A stretch of 64,000 nt of DNA from Candidatus Bathyarchaeia archaeon (GTDB lineage: Archaea > Thermoproteota > Bathyarchaeia > Bathyarchaeales > Bathycorpusculaceae), in NCBI GenBank assembly GCA_037481775.1, contig JBBFKZ010000002.1, positions 64,001-128,000 on the forward strand. Reading direction: 5' to 3'. The first letter of the stretch is position 1; every line of letters starts with the position of its first letter. A program made the translations under genes and the position numbers. A model generated the notes under the pieces. The model saw only the letters and a program-made list of their open reading frames with translations, was not told where the DNA came from and did not search any database. Below, in pieces: positions 29,070 to 39,121 of this stretch.

Positions 29070-30586
29070 TGCCCATGTCATACACTTTGTTATCCGTTTT
29101 CCTGCTGCCAACACTGGCTGTTCCCTTCGTCTATTTGAGCGGAAAAAAATCTCCACGTTTAGCCGCAGCAATTGTTGCTTTAATTGCGCTTGCAAACATC
29201 GCCTTAATTCTGAGCACTGTTCCTACGGTGCTTGACAGCCCAAGGCACGAGTACATTGAATCCTACTATTGGATTCCAGTTTTAGGCTCTGAATTCACCC
29301 TTTTCGCCGACGGCATCAGTGTATCCCTGGCAATTATCACGTTGGTTCTCATAATAGCGGCTGCATTCTTCTCCATAAACTACATGGAAGGCAAAAAGAA
29401 CCTGCCAGCCTATTACGCGCTTTTGACGCTGCTCTCTGTTGGTCTCGTAGGAGTCTTCCTAACCTCTAACCTACTGCTTTTCTATTTCTGCTGGGAACTC
29501 ATGCTAGTCCCCGCGTATTTCATAATTGGCGGCTGGGGCTACAGAGAACCCTATCAAGCTGCATTCAAATTCTTCGTGTTCACACACGCAGGCGCCGTCT
29601 TCGTTGTGCTGGGCATAGGCGCCATCTACATGGTCACAGGCGCCACAGACATGTTCCAAGCACAGGCCGCATTGATGGCGGCTAGCCCGGATCTCGTAAG
29701 GTGGATCCTGCTTGCTTTGACTGCGGGTTTCGCCGTTAAAATGGCTGTGGTTCCAGTTCACATGTGGCTTCCTGATGCACACTCTGAAGCGCCTTCGCCG
29801 ATGTCCGCGCTCTTAAGCGGCGTCATAATCAGCGCTGGCGCTTATGCTATTCTACGCCTATCTCTGGCAACAGTGTTTCCAGCGGTTATGGGCACCACCT
29901 TTGGAAGCGACTTTCTGCACGGGTTGGCAATTTTCGGCGTGATCTCCGCCTTTTTCGGCTCGCTTATCGCGTTGGTCGAAACCGACATAAAACGAATAAT
30001 CGCTTACTCAAGCATTGCACACATGGGCTACGTGCTGTTCGGGCTTTCCCTCTTCCCTTCATCTTCAACGGCTGGTGCAGTAGTGGTTACCACGGCCATA
30101 ACGGGAACAGTGCTTCACCTTGTAAATCACGCAGTAAGCAAGGGGCTTCTCTTCCTCTCAGCAGGCGCCGTCATGCATCAAACAGAAACCCGTGACATTC
30201 GAGAAATGGGTGGCCTTGCCGGCAAAATGCCCTTCACCGCCACCGCTTCAACCACAGCGGCATTAAGCATCGCTGGGACGCCGCCTTTCGCATGTTTCAT
30301 AAGCGAATTTCTAATGTTTGTAGGCGCCTTCGAAGTGATAAACATTGACGGCTTCTATCTTTTGCCCACTGCCTTCATGCTTATAGCCACGGTTGTTTCG
30401 CTTGCTTACTCACTAAGGTATCTGTCCCATGTCTTTCTGGGGCAAGCTAAAAACGGCGCCAAAAAGATTCTGGACGTGCCCGGCTGCATGAAGCTTGCAA
30501 TGGCTATCCTGGTGGTTTTAGTAATCGTCTTAGGCGTTTGGCCTACGTTCTTCATAAACTTGATTAATACTGTGCGATTCGTTTGA
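29069..30586 (+). CDS. nuoM: NuoM/MrpD-like antiporter subunit
   Basis: 'FCWELMLVP', 'VKMAVVPVHMWLPDAHSEAP', 'DIKRIIAYSSIAHMG'. Confidence 0.93.
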   Translation: MPMSYTLLSVFLLPTLAVPFVYLSGKKSPRLAAAIVALIALANIALILSTVPTVLDSPRHEYIESYYWIPVLGSEFTLFADGISVSLAIITLVLIIAAAFFSINYMEGKKNLPAYYALLTLLSVGLVGVFLTSNLLLFYFCWELMLVPAYFIIGGWGYREPYQAAFKFFVFTHAGAVFVVLGIGAIYMVTGATDMFQAQAALMAASPDLVRWILLALTAGFAVKMAVVPVHMWLPDAHSEAPSPMSALLSGVIISAGAYAILRLSLATVFPAVMGTTFGSDFLHGLAIFGVISAFFGSLIALVETDIKRIIAYSSIAHMGYVLFGLSLFPSSSTAGAVVVTTAITGTVLHLVNHAVSKGLLFLSAGAVMHQTETRDIREMGGLAGKMPFTATASTTAALSIAGTPPFACFISEFLMFVGAFEVINIDGFYLLPTAFMLIATVVSLAYSLRYLSHVFLGQAKNGAKKILDVPGCMKLAMAILVVLVIVLGVWPTFFINLINTVRFV

Positions 30587-30596
30587 GGCAGACTTT

Positions 30597-32090
30597 ATGG
30601 TTGAAATATTGGACGCTGTTTTACCAATAATAAGCTTGGTTACTTTCGCGTTACTAACGATACCCGTCTTCAGGATTATCCGTAAACGCGCACATAAAAG
30701 TGCTTTGATTATTGCTTGGTTCTCAACGGCCTTTGCCTTATCCGGCGCTGCAGTGGCCAATTTAACCGCAAAATATTACAGTTTGCCTTCGCCGCAGCCG
30801 TTTCTTAATATTACTTTAACGGAGACGCCGTTTGCTGCTCTTTCAAGCGCCTTTATGATAGATGGCATCTCAGTTTATATGTCGATAATGTTCATAGCAG
30901 CCAGCGCGGTTATCATGCTCTACAGCGTTTTCTACTTTGAATCAAAAGAAAGACCTGCTGAAAGGTACTTCGCCGTTATGCTGATGCTAACTGCCGCTTT
31001 GATAGGCGCTGTATTTTCTGGAGATCTACTGACGCTTTTCATCTTTTGGGAAGCCGCCGCTGCAGGTTCAGGTTTCCTGATGATTTACAGGAAAACTCCC
31101 GAATCCTTGAATTCCACACTTAAATATCTGGTGATGATAATTATTGCTTCAGCATTCATAGTATTTGGGCTGTCACTTGTTTACAGTTTAACCGGCTCTT
31201 TGAATTTCTGGGCTGTCCGTGAAGCGTTAGTCACCTTAGCTGATAAGCATCTGCTGGTTTTGGCTTTCATTTTCATCGTAACAGGTTATGCCATTGAATC
31301 CGCGATAGTGCCATTCCACTTTTGGCTGCCTGACGCTTACGCCGCTGCGCCGTCTTCCTCTGCAGCTTTCCTTTCAGCTTTAATTGATCAAGGAAGCTAC
31401 TACGTTCTGATACGTGTTCTCGTATTCATCTTAACACCGCCCGAAGTGTTAAACTGGACGTTTATGCTCGCAGTGATGGCAGCGTTAACCATGATTGTAG
31501 GTAACTTGTTTGCGCTAATTCAAGACGACGTAAAACGCTTGATAGCGAACATCTGCGTGGCCGACGTTGGCTACAACTTGATAGGTATAACCAGTGTAAC
31601 AGCGCTGGGACTGACTGGGAACCTCTACTTCTTCCTAATCGGTGGGATCACCACGGCGCTGGCTTTCATGGCAGTAGGCATTGCCACACGGTACGGCTTC
31701 AAAACAATAGAAGACTTTTCTGGACTAAGCAAGAAGATGCCCCTTGTTAGTTTAGCCTTAGTAATAGCTTGCCTCTCTTTCGCCGGCGTTCCGCCTTTCG
31801 GAGGTTTCATGGCAAAGTATCTTGTGTTTACTGCCGCGATAAAAGCAAACTTGAGTTGGCTAGCGATCATCGGCGTTCTAACAAGTGTGCTTCAAACTGC
31901 TTACCTGTTAAGGTTAGTGAATTACATGTATGCCAAAAAACCGAAAGATGACGCCAAAATAAACGAGCCTAAAAAGCTGCTGGTTCCCGTCTTCATTCTT
32001 GTGGCAGCCGTACTCCTTCTAGGATTGTACCCACAGATAGTCTTAAACCTGATTGAGCCAGTATTACAGCAGTTCCCATTCATCTTATAG
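30597..32090 (+). CDS. nuoN: NuoN/MrpD-like antiporter subunit
   Basis: 'IFWEAAA', 'VPFHFWLPDAY', 'GVPPFGGFMAK'. Confidence 0.9.
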   Translation: MVEILDAVLPIISLVTFALLTIPVFRIIRKRAHKSALIIAWFSTAFALSGAAVANLTAKYYSLPSPQPFLNITLTETPFAALSSAFMIDGISVYMSIMFIAASAVIMLYSVFYFESKERPAERYFAVMLMLTAALIGAVFSGDLLTLFIFWEAAAAGSGFLMIYRKTPESLNSTLKYLVMIIIASAFIVFGLSLVYSLTGSLNFWAVREALVTLADKHLLVLAFIFIVTGYAIESAIVPFHFWLPDAYAAAPSSSAAFLSALIDQGSYYVLIRVLVFILTPPEVLNWTFMLAVMAALTMIVGNLFALIQDDVKRLIANICVADVGYNLIGITSVTALGLTGNLYFFLIGGITTALAFMAVGIATRYGFKTIEDFSGLSKKMPLVSLALVIACLSFAGVPPFGGFMAKYLVFTAAIKANLSWLAIIGVLTSVLQTAYLLRLVNYMYAKKPKDDAKINEPKKLLVPVFILVAAVLLLGLYPQIVLNLIEPVLQQFPFIL

Positions 32091-32176
32091 ACCATTCGAG
32101 TTTAGCGCAGAACTTTCTGCCTCATTATCACGCTTTAGCCTCTCAATTCAACCTGCCTCAGAGAGCATGGGTGTGC

Positions 32177-32866
32177 TTAAATTTTTGGTTTTAGAACAGC
32201 GTGCTTGACGTCGACGTAGCGGTTTTTTCCCTTTTTCTTCAAATCAAATTTAACCACTTCGATTTTCTGTTTGAAAAGCGGCGCGTCAATAACCATTGTG
32301 TGATACCATGCTGTCGGCGTCTCCCCGCATGGATCCAGCTTATTCTTGGCACAAACTGCTAATAGCTCCTTTTGACATTCGTTGTCGCATAAGTGACCCA
32401 GCCACTTCTTGGCAAAATTCTCGAGGTCCCGTGCATAAGTTGTGTCGATGCAACCAAAGATGAATTTTATACCTGCCGACAGCTCTTCGTTGAGAAGATT
32501 TGCGTGGTTGCCTGTTGGATCCCAAAGGGGCGTGAATAATTCCAGTCCTATTTGTTTGCAGGCGCTCTCGTAGAATGGCTTGTGATTAACATTGGCTATG
32601 TCACCAGTAACTATTCCTTCAATTCCTTCTTGTTTCAGCGTTGCCAGCGCGTTGTACACGTCTCTCATTGGGTCTTTAATTTTGACTTTTTGCTGTGGAA
32701 TGCCGAGCGCTTGTGACTGGAGCTCCATGAGCTTGAAACTGTGGAAAATGTATGGCTCCTGATAAGCATAAGTTAAAAGGTGGTTAACTTCAAAACCGCG
32801 TTCAACAGCTTTGTGCAGCGCAAAGCAGCTATCTTTGCCTCCGCCCCAGTGCACAGCCACCTTCAT
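32177..32866 (-). CDS. Diphthine--ammonia ligase-like PP-loop ATPase (divergent)
   Basis: 'MKVAVHWGGGKDS', 'GIVTGDI', 'PLW', 'DPCGE...HTMVIDAPLF'. The true start is 32866. Confidence 0.8.
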   Translation of the reverse strand: MKVAVHWGGGKDSCFALHKAVERGFEVNHLLTYAYQEPYIFHSFKLMELQSQALGIPQQKVKIKDPMRDVYNALATLKQEGIEGIVTGDIANVNHKPFYESACKQIGLELFTPLWDPTGNHANLLNEELSAGIKFIFGCIDTTYARDLENFAKKWLGHLCDNECQKELLAVCAKNKLDPCGETPTAWYHTMVIDAPLFKQKIEVVKFDLKKKGKNRYVDVKHAVLKPKI

Positions 32867-32984
32867 ACGGGCCGCCTCTTTAGCCGAGAAAAAACAAGCC
32901 GGCAAGTAATAAAATTTTGCATCCCCCAAAAGAGCAGAGGCTGCCGAATCAAGAGCGGATCGCGGGGATTTGCACACTAAAAAG

Positions 32985-33073
32985 TGGCGCCGGGAATGGG
33001 ATTCGAACCCATGCGGACCCGAAGGGTCCACGGGCTCTCAAGGCCCGCGCGTTATCCACTCTGCCATCCCGGC
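32985..33073 (-). tRNA. tRNA-Ser(TGA), long variable arm, encoded CCA, no intron
   Basis: GCCGGGATGGCAGAGTGGATAACGCG-CGGGC-CTTGAGA-GCCCG-TGGACCCTTCGGGTCCGC-ATGGGTTCGAATCCCAT-TCCCGGCG-CCA. Confidence 0.97.
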
Positions 33074-33174
33074 TCTGCTTGTTTAATCTAGGGTTCTTGT
33101 TTATTTCTGTTTTCCGTCAATAACGGGCATAGGCAAGAAAAAGTAATTAGGCGCTAGGCAGTAAGAGGCGGTTT

Positions 33175-33567
33175 ATGGTGGAAACTGTAGCTGTAGCGAT
33201 GCGCTTGGAGTTGTTGGAGGCGATTTTTGAAGGCGCCCGGCGGCTTTATCCGCGGGAAACGATTTTACTCCTTCGCGGCAAAAAACGCAAAGACGTGATC
33301 TTCATCGAGGAGCTTGTTGTTCCGCCTCTAGCGACTTATGGCGACGGCTTCGCTAACATTCCATTGCACATGTTGCCAATAGACTTCTCCATCGTGGGCA
33401 CAGTTCATTCGCATCCCTCCGGTAATTTAGAGCCTTCAGATGTAGATTTCAACCATTTTTTCGGCCGGATACTAATGATTGTTGGTTTTCCTTTTTCAAA
33501 TCAAAAAGACGTTGCAGTGTATAATTCTCGTGGCGAAAAGTTGCTTTTGCAAATAACCAACTGTTAA
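33175..33567 (+). CDS. JAMM/MPN+ metalloprotease (Mov34 family)
   Basis: 'YPRE...' and 'GTVHSHPSG...PSDVD' (HxHx7Sx2D). Confidence 0.9.
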   Translation: MVETVAVAMRLELLEAIFEGARRLYPRETILLLRGKKRKDVIFIEELVVPPLATYGDGFANIPLHMLPIDFSIVGTVHSHPSGNLEPSDVDFNHFFGRILMIVGFPFSNQKDVAVYNSRGEKLLLQITNC

Positions 33568-33742
33568 GAGCTGCTTCATGAATGCTTTGCGTTGCTGTTT
33601 TATGCCCGTTGGCCGCATGTGTCAAAGGCTTGTTTAATGGGCCATGTGCTAAATCGGTATTTGAGTACATGAAGAGAAGGGTTGCTTTGGCAGAATACAT
33701 AACTTAAATAGGCTTAGGCATTAAAGGTTTTTGCGGCAAGTT

Positions 33743-34102
33743 TTAGTTAACTTTGCGTTTTGTGTCTTCGTATTCCCGTAGAAACTCTAAGGCGAATTTG
33801 TTGGCGTTTTTCTCTGTTCCTCTATGTTGTTTATCTACTGCGTGAGTGCGAAGGTGGTGGTAGAACTCGTGCAAAACAACGAAGGGGTTCTTTATAACAT
33901 CGCTGTTGAGTAGTGAGATGGTTTCGTTTTTAGGCGTGTAACAACCGGAAACATTTCTTTTGCGCCCTTTTGGCAAGCCTATTTTCAGCTTTGGTGTGGC
34001 TACTCCGTAGTTCTCTGCAAGCCGCTCAAGGGCTTCTTCTGTTTTTCCATCCAAAATTAGCTGGACAACGAGTGATTTGAAGTTATTTTGCAATGTGTGC
34101 AC
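33743..34102 (-). CDS. Small HExxH zinc metallopeptidase-like protein
   Basis: 'GCY...TI.L...VVLHEFYHHL...E..AN.FA'. Confidence 0.75.
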   Translation of the reverse strand: MHTLQNNFKSLVVQLILDGKTEEALERLAENYGVATPKLKIGLPKGRKRNVSGCYTPKNETISLLNSDVIKNPFVVLHEFYHHLRTHAVDKQHRGTEKNANKFALEFLREYEDTKRKVN

Positions 34103-34157
34103 TCCAGAAGCAGATAGTGCTTGGTTTAATTAAAAGTGCTTGTGGTTTCAAGGCATT

Positions 34158-34508
34158 TTAGATTGCGTTGACGACCACTATTAGATTGTTTAGGACCGCC
34201 GTTAGTAGAAGCAGTGTGGTTGCCGTGTATGCGCCTTTGAGTATGATGCGTATGTATCGAAAGTGGCTGTTGCTTTCTGCTGGCGCGCTTAGCAGTGTTT
34301 TCTCTGCTTTATAGAATAGTAAGGCTGATAGTATGGTCGCTGAGAGTTTTATGGCTGTAAATGCTGGTAAACTTGTTCTAGTTGTTTCAGCGAGGAAGGG
34401 ATTGCTTTCTACGGCGCCGAAGTAGGCTATGCCTATGAATGTTGTTAGCCAATCCATCGAACCCATTAGAATAAGTGATAAGCAAGGAATGGCCTTCACT
34501 TTGAGCAT
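34158..34508 (-). CDS. Small membrane protein (DUF5658-like)
   Basis: 'DWLTT..GI...GAVESNPFL...F..IK' motif and TM helices. Confidence 0.7.
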   Translation of the reverse strand: MLKVKAIPCLSLILMGSMDWLTTFIGIAYFGAVESNPFLAETTRTSLPAFTAIKLSATILSALLFYKAEKTLLSAPAESNSHFRYIRIILKGAYTATTLLLLTAVLNNLIVVVNAI

Positions 34509-34776
34509 GTTTGCCTTCTCCTTTCTCAACTACCCTATATGGCGCTGCACTGATTTAAGTATTGAATTACAATTTACGATATATGTCTCAAATCAAACTA
34601 GTTACGACGTCGCCCCATCAGTCGCCACGTAACAACCACCCTGCCGGATAACCTTCTACAACTTGATTTAATTTAACTGGCTTTAAAATGGCAATTTGGA
34701 ATAGCTTTTATATAGTTCCACTGCTATTTAATGAGGCTCGTGCATTAATTGCATATAAAAGGAGAGAATCGGGAGA

Positions 34777-37314
34777 ATGAAGTTGATCAAATGCAAGACC
34801 TATACTGCAATTGCTATTCTAACATTCGCCATGGCAATATCGCTTGTCGCTTTACCCGCAACTGCACAGCCAGGCGTAACCCGCGCATCTTTCCCCATAC
34901 TCGACGTCGTTCCTAACCCCGTCGGCGTGGGTGAAAACGCGCTCATCCGCTTCGGTGTAATGCAGCAACTGCCCAGCGTATACGATGGCTACGAGGGTTT
35001 AACTCTCACAATCACCAAGCCAGACGGCACAACCGAAAACTTCGGTCCATTCAAGACTGACTCAACAGGCGCAACGTTCATGAACTATGTTCCCGCGACT
35101 ACAGGCACATATAAGGTGAAGATGGTCTTCCCTGAGCAAATCTGGAAATGGGGCAACTTCTACAGTGCTGAAAGTGGCAGCTTCATATACAACGGAACCA
35201 CCATAAAAGGTAGCACAATCGAAATGGAGTTCGAAGTTGTAGCGGAAAAGCGAGAGACTTACCCTGGACACCCATTACCATCAGAATACTGGACGCGCCC
35301 AATTGATCCGCAGCTACGTGAGTGGGCCACGGTCTCTGGCAACTGGATGGCACGACCTGACAACTCGCTGGCGCTTTATAACGCTGATGCACCTGAAACA
35401 GCTCACGTATTGTGGGTTAGGCAGCTGACTACTGGCGGCTTAAACGGCGGATACTGGGGAGATGCACAGCTACCTGTAGGCGCTGAAACAGGCGACCCCT
35501 ACGAAGGCAAATGGGCTAACTCAGTTGTAATGAATGGAATTCTCTATTACAATAGAGACTCCGCAACAGTAGCGAACAACACAGGAATTGTCGCGGTGGA
35601 TCTACATACTGGAGAATTGCTCTGGGAGAAACTCGGCGTTTCTCTGTCCTTCGGGCAAATTCTTTACTTCAACGGTTGGAACATGGACGGCTCATACAAT
35701 TACCTATGGTCAGTAAGTGGAACCACGTATAACGCATATGACCCATTCAATGGCGCATGGATCTACACAATGACAAATGTGCCTTCAGGTACACGAGTTT
35801 TCGGTCCTAGCGGCGAAATTCTCATCTACCAATTTAACTTCGCAAACGGTTGGATGGCCATGTGGAACTCAACTGCAGCCGGCCAAGCCAACGGAAACTT
35901 TAGAGACCCAGGAAACTTCGGCAGCTGGGCTTCTTACATGCGGCCGCTTGTCCACGGCGTAACATTCGCTGCTAACACCACTGGCGCTTACTCATGGAAC
36001 GTATCAATACCCGCTGGCTTACAAGCATCAGCATCCTTCGGCGCAACCACAGTGAAAATATACCCTGACCGCGTAGTAGGCGTATACTACAACCAATCAC
36101 TTGTCCGCGTCTGGGCTCTAAGCACTAAAGGCTTAACAAAGACATCCACATCCACCTCGCTGCTATTCGACAAAACATGGACTGCACCATCCATCTGGAG
36201 CGAAGGCTCTGTCACAATACACTATACTGGCGCCTCAAACAACCTTGAAGGCGGCGTCATCGCTGTCTGGTGCAAAGAACTCCGCAAGCACTACGGCTTC
36301 AGCGTAGAAACCGGAAACTATCTATGGGAAACAGAATCTGAGCACTTCCTAGACGCTTATGGCTGGGGCAACGCTGAGCACACATGGTACTTCGCTTATG
36401 GCAAACTATACTCAGTCGGCGTCGGCGGCATCTTGTACGCCTATGACTTGAAGACCGGCAAAACAGCGTGGACCTACGAGCTCAACGACCCCTACAGCGA
36501 ATCTGTCACAGGACAAAACTGGTGGGGCTGGATAGCCTTAATTGCAGACGGCAAAGTCTACCTCGCTCACTGCGAGCACAGTGCTGAGCAGCCTCTGCCT
36601 CGCGGCGCGCCATTCGTGTGCTTGAATGCTGAAACAGGCGAAGTGATTTGGCGTGTTAACGGCATGTTCCGCGGCACCCGGTGGGGTGGCAACGCCGTTA
36701 TCGGCGACAGCATCATCGCCACCATGGACACGTATGACCAGCGCATCTACGCCATCGGGAAAGGCCCAAGCGCTACCACTGTTACAGCATCTCCAAAAGT
36801 TTCAGTACATGGCAGCAAAGTACTTGTGGAAGGAAGAGTCACCGACATTTCACCTGGCCTAGATGACACTGTCATTCGCAAGAGATTCCCGAACGGTGTG
36901 CCCGCAGTAGCTGACGAGTGCATGAGCGAATGGATGCTCTATGTCTACAAGCAATTCGAATGCCCCGCAAACATTAAAGGCGTTGAAGTAGTCGTTGAGG
37001 TACTTGATCCCAACGGCAACTATTACGAAGTTGCCAGGACCACAAGTGATGGCAGCGGCTTCTACAGCGCCACTTTTGATCCACCAGTGCCTGGCAAGTA
37101 TACAATCGTTGCCCGCTTTGGCGGCTCTAAGGCTTACTACGGCTCTTATGCTGAAACATCTATATTCGTAGAAGAAGCACCACCAGCTGCACCCACAGCA
37201 ACACCAGCAACTGAATCAATCGCAGATATCTACTTCGTGCCCGCAGTCATTGGCATCATCGTAGCAATAGTGGTTGTAGGTCTTGTAATAGTACTGATGC
37301 TTAGAAAACGATAA
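34777..37314 (+). CDS. Large secreted PQQ-like beta-propeller surface protein
   Basis: Signal peptide, 'PNPVGVG', 'EYWTRPI', propeller blades 'AVDLHTGELLWE', 'AYDLKTGKTAW', 'CLNAETGEVIW', Ig-like C domain, TM and LRKR. Confidence 0.85.
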   Translation: MKLIKCKTYTAIAILTFAMAISLVALPATAQPGVTRASFPILDVVPNPVGVGENALIRFGVMQQLPSVYDGYEGLTLTITKPDGTTENFGPFKTDSTGATFMNYVPATTGTYKVKMVFPEQIWKWGNFYSAESGSFIYNGTTIKGSTIEMEFEVVAEKRETYPGHPLPSEYWTRPIDPQLREWATVSGNWMARPDNSLALYNADAPETAHVLWVRQLTTGGLNGGYWGDAQLPVGAETGDPYEGKWANSVVMNGILYYNRDSATVANNTGIVAVDLHTGELLWEKLGVSLSFGQILYFNGWNMDGSYNYLWSVSGTTYNAYDPFNGAWIYTMTNVPSGTRVFGPSGEILIYQFNFANGWMAMWNSTAAGQANGNFRDPGNFGSWASYMRPLVHGVTFAANTTGAYSWNVSIPAGLQASASFGATTVKIYPDRVVGVYYNQSLVRVWALSTKGLTKTSTSTSLLFDKTWTAPSIWSEGSVTIHYTGASNNLEGGVIAVWCKELRKHYGFSVETGNYLWETESEHFLDAYGWGNAEHTWYFAYGKLYSVGVGGILYAYDLKTGKTAWTYELNDPYSESVTGQNWWGWIALIADGKVYLAHCEHSAEQPLPRGAPFVCLNAETGEVIWRVNGMFRGTRWGGNAVIGDSIIATMDTYDQRIYAIGKGPSATTVTASPKVSVHGSKVLVEGRVTDISPGLDDTVIRKRFPNGVPAVADECMSEWMLYVYKQFECPANIKGVEVVVEVLDPNGNYYEVARTTSDGSGFYSATFDPPVPGKYTIVARFGGSKAYYGSYAETSIFVEEAPPAAPTATPATESIADIYFVPAVIGIIVAIVVVGLVIVLMLRKR

Positions 37315-37335
37315 GCATCAAACAAAACACAAAAC

Positions 37336-37352
37336 TTCCCTCTTTTCTTTTT
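37336..37352 (+). terminator. Pyrimidine/oligo-T terminator
   Basis: TTCCCTCTTTTCTTTTT after the gene end. Confidence 0.55.
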
Positions 37353-37557
37353 GACCACCCTTCTAAGTCTAAATCCAATAGACAACATTTAGCTTGCATT
37401 CACAAGCCAAACCTGACAAGACAGAACCGTGCACGACAAAAAGCGGCCAAATCCAAAATTTTAACATGGAAAGAGTAAAACAAATTAACCGAAACAGACT
37501 TTGTGTATAACCCGCAAATAAAAAGGCGAAGTAGCTATATACAAGAAAGAAAGTAGA

Positions 37558-38433
37558 ATGACTCAGCGGGCCGGTAGTCTAGCTCGGTTAGGACATCTGC
37601 TTGACGTTGACGTTCCTTTGATTAATTGGAGCGATTTTAGGGATTGGATTTTGAAAAAGTATGCCAAATCTAATGCTTCTACAATTTACTGTTATGCTAG
37701 GAGGTATGCGTTTATGCTTAATGGAGACTTCAAGGAGCTAGAAACTTTCAGCGGTAGCAAAAAGAACGCAGTTTTGAAGGCCCTTATTGCCTTATCCAAG
37801 TTTCTGGGAATTTATGAACAGTTTAGGGCCACTCTTTCGAGGCATGGCGTTAAGTTTGCGAGAACAGACTCTCTTAATGCATTTCTAAGAATAATGAGCA
37901 ATAATAGCGAGGATTTGCTTGAGTGGTATTCTAAAGCTGTTAGTGTGCTTAGAGAAAACGGAAAGCTGTTTTTACGGTTTGCTTTAATTTCTGGGTTAAG
38001 AAAAGCTGAGGCCATTAAAAGCTTCAATTTAATTATTTCCTTAGCTAAAGAAAACAATTTGAAAAACTACTTTAATGAAGATTTGTCATGTCTAGAACAC
38101 TTCAAATTTAAACAGCTATTCTTAAGAGGCAAAAAGAACGTTTACATAACCTTTATTCCTAAAAGCATGGTTAATGAAATAGCGAATAGTGAACCAATAA
38201 CCTATGAGGCAATTAGGAAAAGACTTCTCAGAAATGGTTTGAATCTTAGAATTAACGAGTTGAGGGATTATTTCGCTACTTTCATGGTTCAGCATGGTTT
38301 AATCCGCGAAGAAGTGGATTTGCTTCAAGGCCGAATTCCGCCAAGCTTGTTTGTGCGTAGCTATTGGACTCCCAGCTTAAAAGAGCTAAGAGATAGAACA
38401 TTAAAAAACATAACAAGGCTTTCAAATTTATGA
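37558..38433 (+). CDS. int: SSV1-type tyrosine integrase, catalytic C-terminal fragment Int(C)
   Basis: 'LISGLRKAEA' (R), 'RGKK', 'NELRDYFATFM', 'VDLLQGR....FVRSY' (catalytic Y). Begins with the att-encoded peptide RAGSLARLGHLLDV. Confidence 0.9.
   Translation: MTQRAGSLARLGHLLDVDVPLINWSDFRDWILKKYAKSNASTIYCYARRYAFMLNGDFKELETFSGSKKNAVLKALIALSKFLGIYEQFRATLSRHGVKFARTDSLNAFLRIMSNNSEDLLEWYSKAVSVLRENGKLFLRFALISGLRKAEAIKSFNLIISLAKENNLKNYFNEDLSCLEHFKFKQLFLRGKKNVYITFIPKSMVNEIANSEPITYEAIRKRLLRNGLNLRINELRDYFATFMVQHGLIREEVDLLQGRIPPSLFVRSYWTPSLKELRDRTLKNITRLSNL
37567..37607 (+). repeat. attL (5' half of tRNA-Val through the anticodon loop)
   Basis: CGGGCCGGTAGTCTAGCTCGGTTAGGACATCTGCTTGACGT, identical to 42065-42105. 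Confidence 0.95.
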
Positions 38434-38457
38434 TGTAGCGAATTTGAGGGTGTTAAA

Positions 38458-38988
38458 ATGGTAGCGGGTGCTAAGTGTAGCGATGTTTCGCCCAAGATTG
38501 AAAGCAGAATTTTGGAGCAAGTTGAAAAGCTTTGCTTGTTTGAGTTGCTATTTATAGAGGAGTTTAGGGAAAATGTTGAAGGCTTAAGTGCAAAACAACT
38601 TTTAGAGTTGATAAACGATTTTCTAAGTGGTGAGCATGGAGAAGTAGAAGCTTATCTTTTCCTAAAACTTTTAGCTTATTATCCTAAATCCATGGCGAAT
38701 TATCAACTTACTCCTTTAATGCAAACTTTAATCACAAGCGCATATTACATTGGACAAAGCGGCTTCTACACTTCAAAGTTGAGCATGGAAGATTTAGCTA
38801 AAATTTTCCATAGAAGCAAAAAAACAATCTACGACTGCATTAAAAAGCATCAAAAAGCTATTGAAGAAAACTTCAAACCCGTTATGGAAGAGGAAAAACT
38901 AAGAATGAAAGCTCGAGAAATAGCTCTGAGGGAGCTTGTGGAAGAGGAAAAGCTGCGGCTTAAGCAAGAGGAAAAGGGAAACAAGTAA
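38458..38988 (+). CDS. HTH-containing protein with C-terminal coiled coil
   Basis: 'LSMEDLAKIFHRSKKTIYDCIKK' HTH and an E/K-rich tail. Confidence 0.7.
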   Translation: MVAGAKCSDVSPKIESRILEQVEKLCLFELLFIEEFRENVEGLSAKQLLELINDFLSGEHGEVEAYLFLKLLAYYPKSMANYQLTPLMQTLITSAYYIGQSGFYTSKLSMEDLAKIFHRSKKTIYDCIKKHQKAIEENFKPVMEEEKLRMKAREIALRELVEEEKLRLKQEEKGNK

Positions 38989-39121
38989 ACAAGCGCTTTG
39001 CGAGGACTGAGAGGTAATATTATAAAGAAAAATTTTCTTGAAAAGTTTACTTTTCCCATAGTTTCCTGTTTCAATCAACATTAGAGGTATAAAGTTGCAT
39101 AGGGCAAGTTGAACGAGCTTG

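Noticed and set aside
32867-33123. N-terminal extension of the Dph6-like ORF, and ORF 32917-33123
   Set aside because: They overlap tRNA-Ser. Homology begins at MKVAVHW (32866).
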